Positions 1-8,400 of a stretch of DNA of 32,000 nt are shown piece by piece (position 1 is the first letter of the stretch; each line of letters opens with the position of its first letter). Made by a program: the position numbers and the translations under genes. This DNA is from Planctopirus limnophila DSM 3776. Lineage in GTDB: Bacteria; Planctomycetota; Planctomycetia; Planctomycetales; Planctomycetaceae. Below the pieces are notes generated by a model, which was given only the letters and a program-made list of their open reading frames with translations, searched no databases and was not told where the DNA came from. The DNA is taken from positions 1,320,001-1,352,000 of the forward strand of contig NC_014148.1 of NCBI RefSeq assembly GCF_000092105.1, written 5' to 3'.

Positions 1-65
1 TTAAGAACGATCAAACAAGGATTGTATGTATTTCCAGCAGCGGTTATGTTTAGCGTGTTTGGCAT
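1..65 (-). CDS. Possible 5' end of a small ORF just downstream of the orphan RHS toxin (candidate immunity gene); runs off the window
   Basis: ATG at 65..63 lies 20 nt after the orphan RHS stop (86..88). The frame stays open for 21 codons (MPNTLNITAAGNTYNPCLIVL...) to the window edge. The spacing mirrors the 28-nt gap between the main RHS stop and its downstream ORF. Too short to judge coding potential. Confidence 0.2.
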   Translation of the reverse strand, partial: MPNTLNITAAGNTYNPCLIVL

Positions 66-85
66 GTTATGAGTGCCCCTTTCAT

Positions 86-2794
86 TTAGTTTTTGCATCT
101 CTTAAGTAGTCCTGCCGGAATCTGCCCTTCAATCAATATTTCATGATTTCTTATCATTGCGTCCCTCACATCTTTTGCTTCTTTTACTTCATCAGCTGTT
201 CCTGCCATCATCCTCTGATAGACCGATTCGGGAGTATGTATCTTAATGATTCCATCTTGCTCAAGTTTATGTAACGCATCAAACTCTGCCTTGGAGATAT
301 AACGATTGTCGGGGGCGTCTGTGAATCTTTTTGCATCTTTAAGCATTGTCGAGAAGGAGGTGTATCGACTTGTGTCATTTCGCCGTTTTCGAAGAACATG
401 TTCTGCAAACGTCTGTATTTTAGCTAGAGCCGCTTCAGCTAATGGAATTCCCACTGGACCACCATCCCAGAAGTCGTCAGCTCTAAATAATTTCCTCCCG
501 AAGAAATCACTGAGGTCGATGTTGACTCCGCTGAAACTGACGGAGGCAGACTGCCGAACAAAGGTAACCGAAAATGGGAGGGAGGAGAGAGCGACATCGG
601 CCCCTGTCTGAAAACAGGGCTTTTTGACGAAAATGATCACCTTGTCCGCTGTATCCGCCGCTACAAAGACCTCGCGGGCCACAAACTCGACTCCGTCTGC
701 TCCTTCTTCAATACTCTTGTTGAGTGAAGTTACTCCACCGCGTGCCTGCCGCTTCTCGGCCATGTGTTTAAAGGCAATCCAATCGATGTCCCACGCCGGA
801 TTAATCGACGTGTTACCGCGATCGAAATACAAACGCTCCCGGTGAGGGATTGCTTGCAACGCCGACTCTGTCCAGGTGTTTGCGATAGTAATGTCACAAT
901 AGTATTTTGTTTCGTTGCAGCAAACGGTCCCGGTGGAATTACAATGAACTTTATCGTTGCTTGTTGGAGCGGGCGTGGAGCAGTTTGTGGCAGACGTTGT
1001 GCAGGTCCCTGATACGCCGCACGAGGTTGAACCGGCGGGAGCGGATGGCTGGTTTACTGGGGTGGGCGGCTTGTGAGGCTGAGGATCGTTAGAACAATTT
1101 CTGTAGAACAGTAGGTCAATTTCGTAATTTTCGGCAGCATGTTGTAATGAACCATCTCGAAGCCATTCGACAATTTGTGTATAATGGACTTTGCAATTGG
1201 GGTTTCGAAGCACCTTTCCGTCTACTCCCCCGGTATATAAGACATCTCTTGTAACATGGGAGTTCGCATCAATGGTGCCCAATGATTCACATTTTGTTTT
1301 TCGTACTCCCCAAAAAACACCGGACTCGTCCCAACACAACTGAAGTTCCCCAGATTTTGAACCCGTTCCCCAGACGAGACGGTAGTTGATATTGGACTTT
1401 CCGCTCGGATCGGTCTGATTGACAGGATCATTTCCTACGTACCGATAGAAGTTGGAATCCCCAGCCTCCAACCCCAGCGGATCCTCAGAAGTGAAATTAG
1501 CTGCATGAGGGTCGTAGTCCCGCGCCCGCAGGTTGTACTCGCCCGTGGCCTCTTCTACCCGGTAACCCTGCGCACCGATCCAGGTGTAAGGATTCTCGGT
1601 GGAGCCGGTTTGCGCCAACGCCTTGCCGAACGCTTCATAGCTGTATTCATCAGTCAGTGTGCCCGTCCCGTCACTCAGTGAGCGGGTACTGCCGATGGCA
1701 TCGAACTGGTAGAACGAGGTGTCTGCATCCTGGGTACGGCTCAGCACCATCCCATAACCGCCGGGTTGAGCGGTGTTCTCTGCCAGCACCACATTGGTAT
1801 CGTCGGTCTCCAGCAGAATGACCTGATCGTCCCAGAGGTAACGGGTGATATCGATCCCATCATCCCGCTGGATCTGCCGTTCATCGTTGGCTTTGTTAAC
1901 CGGAGCCCAAGTGTACGTCACCACCTCGGATGTCGGGAGTTCCACCGCGATGTTGTGGTTCAGCACGTCGAACGTGTAGGTCGTGATCTCGCCGACTGGT
2001 GTTTCCACGCTTCGCCGGTTGCCAGCGAGATCGTAACTGTAGGTGGTGATGCCAGAGAGCGATTCTGCCATGAGCAGCTGGTTGGCTGCATTGTACACAC
2101 TCGTCGTGATCCCATCACTGAGTGTTTCCAGTTTCAGCCGGTTTCCACTCGGATCGTAGGTGAAGCTGTTTTTCACCTCGTTGATCCCGGTAATCGCTTC
2201 GCTCACCAGTTGACCCACTGGATCGTAAGTCCAGGTGGTCCGGCCTGTGGCTGATCCTGAAAGTGTCAGTGTTGACCACTGCTCCAGAGTCAGGTTGGAC
2301 CAGTCGGAGAGCGATAACCCATTCCAGCCTTCACTGGTGGGGCCGAACTCTTCCATCTCCACTTTACGACCATTGGCATCATAAGCGTAGATATAGGCTG
2401 CCGTTGGTTCTCCCAGGCCATCGCGATGAATGACTTGCGTCGTCCGGCCCGCTGCATCGTAGGAGTAACTGGTCCGCGTGCCGTTAGCGACCAGTTGATC
2501 CAGCACCTGACCATTGGCGTCATAGGTCCAGGTCGTTCGCTGAGACAGGGGATTCACCAGTGTGCTCATCCGCTGGTTGGCATCGTAGCTATAGGTTGTG
2601 CGGGCACCTCCCGGATGAATCAGTCGGCTGCGCTGGCCCACGGCATTCCAGTTCCACTGGAGTGTCTGGCCATACGCATAAGTGAGCGACACCACTTGAC
2701 CGATGGGATCGTAAGTGCGCGTGAAGAGGTTGGCCCAGAGGGCTAACGACAACTCGCCACAACGTTCCCCCTCCGCCTGCCACACGCGTCGCAT
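86..2794 (-). CDS. Orphan (5'-truncated) RHS/YD-repeat cassette with its own about 436-aa C-terminal polymorphic toxin region
   Basis: 902-aa ORF with ATG at 2794..2792. From residue about 25 (FTRTYDPIGQVVSLTYAYGQ...) it parallels the last about 400 core residues of the large RHS gene at 5407..13602. YD repeats are present (TTYSYDANQRM, TTWTYDANGQV). The core-terminating motif is EDPLGLEAGDSNFYRYVGNDPVNQTDPSG, with DPSGK at 1397..1411. The sequence after it is unrelated to the main gene's C-terminus. Confidence 0.85.
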   Translation of the reverse strand: MRRVWQAEGERCGELSLALWANLFTRTYDPIGQVVSLTYAYGQTLQWNWNAVGQRSRLIHPGGARTTYSYDANQRMSTLVNPLSQRTTWTYDANGQVLDQLVANGTRTSYSYDAAGRTTQVIHRDGLGEPTAAYIYAYDANGRKVEMEEFGPTSEGWNGLSLSDWSNLTLEQWSTLTLSGSATGRTTWTYDPVGQLVSEAITGINEVKNSFTYDPSGNRLKLETLSDGITTSVYNAANQLLMAESLSGITTYSYDLAGNRRSVETPVGEITTYTFDVLNHNIAVELPTSEVVTYTWAPVNKANDERQIQRDDGIDITRYLWDDQVILLETDDTNVVLAENTAQPGGYGMVLSRTQDADTSFYQFDAIGSTRSLSDGTGTLTDEYSYEAFGKALAQTGSTENPYTWIGAQGYRVEEATGEYNLRARDYDPHAANFTSEDPLGLEAGDSNFYRYVGNDPVNQTDPSGKSNINYRLVWGTGSKSGELQLCWDESGVFWGVRKTKCESLGTIDANSHVTRDVLYTGGVDGKVLRNPNCKVHYTQIVEWLRDGSLQHAAENYEIDLLFYRNCSNDPQPHKPPTPVNQPSAPAGSTSCGVSGTCTTSATNCSTPAPTSNDKVHCNSTGTVCCNETKYYCDITIANTWTESALQAIPHRERLYFDRGNTSINPAWDIDWIAFKHMAEKRQARGGVTSLNKSIEEGADGVEFVAREVFVAADTADKVIIFVKKPCFQTGADVALSSLPFSVTFVRQSASVSFSGVNIDLSDFFGRKLFRADDFWDGGPVGIPLAEAALAKIQTFAEHVLRKRRNDTSRYTSFSTMLKDAKRFTDAPDNRYISKAEFDALHKLEQDGIIKIHTPESVYQRMMAGTADEVKEAKDVRDAMIRNHEILIEGQIPAGLLKRCKN

Positions 2795-2900
2795 GGCCGG
2801 AGGGGGAAAACTGTACTTCTTTACGTCATGCCAAAGAACGACTCAAGCATCGATGGAGCGCCAGCGTAGCCGCCCCACAAAAATTTCGCAGAAATCAACG

Positions 2901-2911
2901 AGTCCTGACCC
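2901..2911. repeat. Target-site duplication, left copy (agtcctgaccc), of the IS4-family insertion
   Basis: An 11-bp direct repeat identical to 4669..4679 that directly abuts the terminal inverted repeat of the element. Confidence 0.75.
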
Positions 2912-4668
2912 GAATGGCACTGCCGGTTGGTATATCGAGAGTTACATCGACATGGCGGCTGTGGTGATTAACAACGCGTCATCGCGTTGACCACTTTCCA
3001 TTGATACCCGCAAGGACTTGATTGCGAGCGGCCTCGCGGGGTGCGGCGAGCAGGGCGATGGGACTGGGGCGGCGTTTGACCGCGCGGGGCTCCATTCGAT
3101 CCGGGCGGTGGCCGACACGATGCGAATAACCGTTGATCATTCGCAGCACAATGAGGAGTTCTACATCGGTTCTCGTATGGTCGCGCGGCATCGCGGCCAG
3201 CAACCACATATTGGCCAGCATTTGTTAAGGATGCGGCAAAGCTCAACTGTTCGGGTCGGACTTCGCCGCCCAGTGCCGACTGCAGCATGGACTGACGGAT
3301 CAGGTTATACGCCAACAGGCCCGTCCAGAGTTCTTGTCGCACCCATGCCGGTTTCGTGCAGCGCAGGACGGCCAGATCCATCGTGGCCTTGATGTCTCGC
3401 AGTTCGAGTTCCACAGTCCACCGGCGGCGGTAGAGCAGGGCCAGTTCCTCCCGTGGAAAACGTCTGTGATCTCGCAGCGACGTGACCACCACCAGGGAGG
3501 CGGTGCGGAAGCCGGGGACGGGGACCTGCACCTCGATCTCACGGACTTCCAACTGATCGGGCAGACGATCATAGGTTGCCTGATCGAGCCACGCGGGCTT
3601 TTGCGGTTTGGCCCAGGCCACGACGTGATCTCTCTGGCCCAGCCGTTTCCCCTGGTGGAAGTCTGCAATCCGAAACTGGTGCAGCCGAGTTACAAACTCG
3701 ACCCCCAGTTCTTGCAGCAGTGCCAGCATGAACCAGCCGCCGTAGTACCGATCTGACAGCACCAGATCACCCGCTTTCAACTGATCGAACAACGTTCGAA
3801 ACAGAGCCGTCTCACCGGTCGCCTTTCCTGCACAGGGACCGGTCACCAGAGCCAGAATCATCCCTGTCGCGAGCGATGTCAGGGCCACGGCCCGCAGGAT
3901 GGGAAATCCCAAGCCTTTCCCCTGCGAAGAGGGTTGAGGGTACTCCGCCTGATTCTCCTGGGTGTCCGGCATCGAGCATGTGGTGCCATCAATGACCAGC
4001 GTGCGGAATCCATGCCAGCGCCACTTGTCGGGAACCGCTGCCTCACACCTCTGGCCGACGCCGACTGCCAGTCGCTGGACGACACCTTCCGGAATCTTGG
4101 CCCGCGCGCGACAGTAGGCACCGGTGTTCGTCGAGGAGATTCTGATGCCCGATAGAGCGTAGTACACCGCCACGCGCTGAACCGCCGCGCGACAGGCTCG
4201 TTGAACGTCGGTGAAGAGGGCTTGAGAGAGCATGGCCCATAACGTCACGCCGCGTGTGTAGACCAGCCCGCCATCCTCGATCGATGCCTGTTCGCTTACG
4301 CACGGGTCTCTTCCAAACGAGACCTCTTCGGCCTCAAAAACCTCTTCCAACTGCCGCGTTGTCAGCGCATCCGAGAACGGCAGACCTTCGTCCTGCCAGA
4401 AAGACTGCTTCACGAGTTCAAATGATCTATCTCTGCCGAGGGCTCTGGAAGTAAAAGACATGAGACCTTCCCTGGTCAAGCTGGCCAGCACCCAGGAAAG
4501 GTCTCACGCCGGGCGAATGATAGGCCGGAAATGTCTCCACGCCAAGACGAAAACCTGATTACGCCCGCCCCTCCCGGCCATCAAATCACCGCCAGCACAT
4601 GCCCCTCGCGCGTGCCTCCTACCGCTACGCGCTATCAACGAACTATCAAACCAGCGGTAGTGCCATTC
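2912..4668 (-). mobile_element. IS4-family insertion sequence (about 1757 bp)
   Basis: Imperfect terminal inverted repeats: 2912 gaatggcactgccg... versus the reverse complement of ...4668, gaatggcactaccg... (13/14 at the tips, partial beyond). Flanked by an 11-bp direct repeat. Contains a DDE transposase ORF. Confidence 0.8.
2979..4491 (-). pseudogene. IS4-family DDE transposase with an apparent frameshift near 3225
   Basis: D1 is VIDGTTCSMPDT, D2 is LVLSDRYYGGW, and there is an exact Y(2)R(3)E(6)K signature (YRRRWTVELELRDIK). The main frame (2968..4491) ends in an Arg/Pro-rich tail. The family-typical C-terminus (HRVGHRPDRMEPRAVKRRPSPIALLAAPREAARNQVL) sits in another frame (ORF 2979..3221). 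The start is probably ATG 4461, since 4491 is GTG. Confidence 0.7.
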
Positions 4669-4679
4669 AGTCCTGACCC
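4669..4679. repeat. Target-site duplication, right copy (agtcctgaccc)
   Basis: Identical to 2901..2911 and directly abuts the right IS end. Confidence 0.75.
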
Positions 4680-4707
4680 CTTTGTTCTCCCTGACCCCTT
4701 TGTTCTC
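4672..4707. repeat. 18-bp perfect tandem duplication (cctgacccctttgttctc x2) in the intergenic spacer
   Basis: Read directly at 4672..4689 and 4690..4707. The first copy overlaps the IS target-site duplication. Confidence 0.8.
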
Positions 4708-4739
4708 CCCGCGGGGGATAACAAACACACACCAAATCT

Positions 4740-5378
4740 CTATTGCCATTTTTCGATGTGACGGATTCCAGCCTTGAGTGATGTGGCAAAGAGTGAGGGT
4801 AATGATGGCTTCCGTAGCAAGTATTCTATCCTAGCCTTTACTCGAACAATTGCGTGGTCAACACTCTGTTGTGTCCCACCTATCTCACTTGCATAACCTG
4901 CATAGAAAGCCAAGCCAGTAGCAGAAGAAAACACCTGGCCCATACGCTTGGACTGCAGGCCGTCAGCCAAGGCATACAAGACGTCCGTTTTAGTGACATG
5001 TACTTCAATTATCCTCCTGATTGTCTGGTGCCATTCTAGCACTGGGTAGGTTCTAATCATTTCTTGCAGAAGGTGGCGCGAAAACGTTAAGTGATTGTTG
5101 TCACCCAGCAACGCTCCGCAGAGCACCGCTCTTGACCGCATACTCAACCCATCACGCCCTCCGTGTTTATAGGAAAGCTCACCATTGTCATAGGCTTCGA
5201 CAACTCTAAACAGAAACATCTCGAGACCTTGCTCAATCTGAGTTTTTTGGAAAGAGGAGGAGAGGGCAGCTAGGGCTTCTTTCTCAGAGAGATCTCCATT
5301 GCGTATGACGCAATCTAGATTGCCATCTTCCTGATCTCTCCTCCAAATTTCCACAAGTCGATCTACCACGCTACTCAT
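4740..5378 (-). CDS. Hypothetical protein; putative cognate immunity protein of the RHS C-terminal toxin
   Basis: 212-aa ORF with ATG at 5378..5376, 28 nt downstream of the RHS stop on the same strand. No recognisable motifs. The assignment rests on position only (the toxin-immunity pair convention of Rhs/CDI loci). Confidence 0.6.
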   Translation of the reverse strand: MSSVVDRLVEIWRRDQEDGNLDCVIRNGDLSEKEALAALSSSFQKTQIEQGLEMFLFRVVEAYDNGELSYKHGGRDGLSMRSRAVLCGALLGDNNHLTFSRHLLQEMIRTYPVLEWHQTIRRIIEVHVTKTDVLYALADGLQSKRMGQVFSSATGLAFYAGYASEIGGTQQSVDHAIVRVKARIEYLLRKPSLPSLFATSLKAGIRHIEKWQ

Positions 5379-5406
5379 AAAATCTCCAGAAAACTACTAG
5401 TCTGCA

Positions 5407-8400
5407 TCACTCGTAAAAAGGCTGAACAACCCCCGGGTCAAACTTCGCTCCTTGTTGTGTCAGCTCATTGGCTGCTCGTTTCAGCGCGCATCCATTTTTA
5501 ATTTGCCCCTTGAAATAGTGGCCAGTCGAGTCGTTTAGTTTGGTCACAATACCATCTTTTACGCTGATGTCGCCTGCAGCGGCTACTTTTCCGCCAGAGC
5601 TTAGGCTAGAGTGGTGAATGACACCGTCTTTTGGCTCGGGATGAATAAAAAACCTTCCATACTCATCCATGATGTAGATTCCGCGCGATGTGTTGACTCG
5701 CTGCGAAGACTGTGCGTAAATCAGCCTTCCTTCTGCGTCAACAACAACGAGGTAGGCCTGCACTTCGCTTGCTGTGAAGTACCTTACGCCCCTTGCCAAA
5801 TCTTCGGCTTTCATGCCTCTGTTCATCCCAAAGAGCTCGTCGAAATATTTACCCCTAGGTCTTGTCTGCTTATCTGGGGGAGGGAAAAGATCATCCCACG
5901 ATCCGTTGAATTCATATGTTCTCTTAACGGATCGGTTACATTGGCTACGGCATGTATTGGATCCCCACAAATACAGTATGGCTGCCAAAGAGTCGGCGGC
6001 AGCAGCATCATAATCTCCATTAATGAGATGGTACAATCCTTTTCCGGCATGAACTGCCCCACCACCAAGACTCACTGCGGAGGCCGCCTTCAATAAAGTG
6101 GTGGATTTGAAGGCTGCTCCGAGTCCTCCTAAAACGAGAGTCGCATCTCCAATTGCTGAAAGTGCTGCTCCACCCCACTGACCCTGGGAAGCTTGATTGA
6201 TTGTCCCCAATATGGGGAACCGATTCTTGAAGTTTTCACAGACCTGTTCGCTGCTGTTCCTAAAAAACTCGGCGCAAATACGACGCATTTCCTCATCCGA
6301 GCCATTTCCTTGACCAACAATCCTGAGCCTTCCTCCCGTAAAGAAGCCAGGGGATTCATATAGCAGCCATAAGTAGACTGGTTCACAACCAACATCGACT
6401 TTAATTCTGCAAAGACGGCCTGCAAAATCTTTTGAGTGAAAGATCGGGCAGCAATCGCCGTTATCGAATAGCCGCGAAGCAATCTTGGAGTCTGAAACAT
6501 CCAGAAGATCCTCCACCGATTTTACTCCCAGCTCTTTGTAAGCCTTCTCTAAGCAATCCTTTATGGACTGGTCTGTCTTATTGGGAGTAGTACATGTCGA
6601 AGATTGGCTTCCCGCATTAACAGGAGACGACTTTCCGAAAGCGGCCACGGGCGTTTTGAAGCCCGTGCATGGCTGCCCATTCTTCAAAAACCATGCATTC
6701 CAGTCGCTTGATTTTATCACGCTACCCGAACGAACGGCCAATTCCACCTGTTTTCGCAAAACACATAATTGGTCTTGCATGCCAATACCGAACGGGAGAT
6801 CTACCGTTCGAACGACAACCTCTTGCGAGTCCCTGTGAATCAATTGACCCACGAACCCATTCAATTCCGGGTTCTTGGCCCCTTCGACGACAACAAGCTT
6901 TGATCCGCCAATGATTTCAGGAGGTGCGGTCACGACACGTGCAGATTCGTCTAATCCACTCGGGTCGGTTCTGTTGATCGGATCATTACCCACATACCGG
7001 TAGAAGTTGCTGTCACCGGCTGCAAGACCCAGCGGGTCTTCCGAGGTAAACCGTGCTGCCTGGGGATCGTAATCCCTGGCACGAAGGTTCGCTAAACCAG
7101 TCTCCTCATCTTGCCGGTAGCCTTGTTCACCCACCCAGGTGTAGGGATTCTCGGTGGAGCCGGTCGAAGAGATCTGGCGACCGAACGCTTCGTAGCGATA
7201 CTCATCGGCAGGACCACTGTTGTCAAACAGGCTGCGGGTGCTGCCCAGGTCATCAAAGAGATAACGGCTGGTGACGTCATCCTCCCGCCGACTGATCAAC
7301 TTGCCATATCCTCCCGGCTGCACTGTGTTCTCGGCCACCACAATGCCGAATTCGTCCACCTCTTTCAGGATCGACTGGTCATCCCAGATATAGCGTACGA
7401 TCTCGGCTCCATCATTCCGCTCGATCTGCCGCTCGTCGTTGGCTTTGTTAACCGGAGCCCAGGTGTAGGTCACCACGGCACCCAGGGGTGACTCAAATGC
7501 GATGTTGTGATTCAACGCGTCGTAAGTGAAGGTCGTAATGTTGTCATTACTGTCAATCATCGACCGCCGGTTACCCGCCAGATCGTAGGTGTAACTGTAG
7601 ACGCCATTGGACAACTGTTGGTTGGCAGCATTGTAGGTGTAGCTGAACGAGTCATCATCATCCACCGTCTTGACGAGAAGATTCCCTGCGGGGTCATAGG
7701 TATAGGAGGTTCGACTGAATCCTGAAATGTTGGCTCGTTCGGTTGTCAATTGACCGGCAGGGTCATAGCTCCAGGTGGTGCGAATCCCACTGTCTTCGAT
7801 ACAGGTCTGCTTCCTGCCTGCGGCGTCATACCGATAGGCGAAAAGTGAACCAAATGTTCCGGCACCTATGGCTGTGGTTCGTCCTGCGGGATCGTAGACG
7901 TAGGTAGTGACCAGATTCCCGACAGACTTCAACACAACCTGACCGTTGGCATCGTAGGCCCAGGTTGTTCGCTGAGATTGAGGATTCACCAGCGAGGTCA
8001 TCCGCTGATTGGCATCGTAGCTGTAGGTGGTCCGGGCACCCCCCGGATGAATCAACCGGCTGCGCTGGCCAACGGCATTCCAGTTCCACTGCAGAACCTG
8101 CCCATACGCATAAGTGAGTGATACCACTTGACCAATGGGATCGTAAGTGCGCGTGAATCTGCCCACTGAAGTCCCGGTGATGGTGGGTTGTCCGGCGGCG
8201 TCGTAAGTCCAGGTCATGAGGGAACCGGCGGCATTTCTCACCGCAGGTCGACTGGCGGCATCATACGTGGTGCTGACTCGTAGAGATCGTGGATCAATCT
8301 TGACAATCAACTTCCCAGCTGGATCGTAAGCCATCGTTGTACGAAGCCCCAATGGATTCACCTGCCGGATCTGTTGTCCGGCAGCATCGTAGACCATTGT

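Noticed and set aside
4504-4761. ORFs 4504..4749 (-) and 4531..4761 (+).
   Set aside because: They span the IS right end, the target-site duplication and the 18-bp repeat, so they cross a mobile-element boundary. Low complexity and no motifs.
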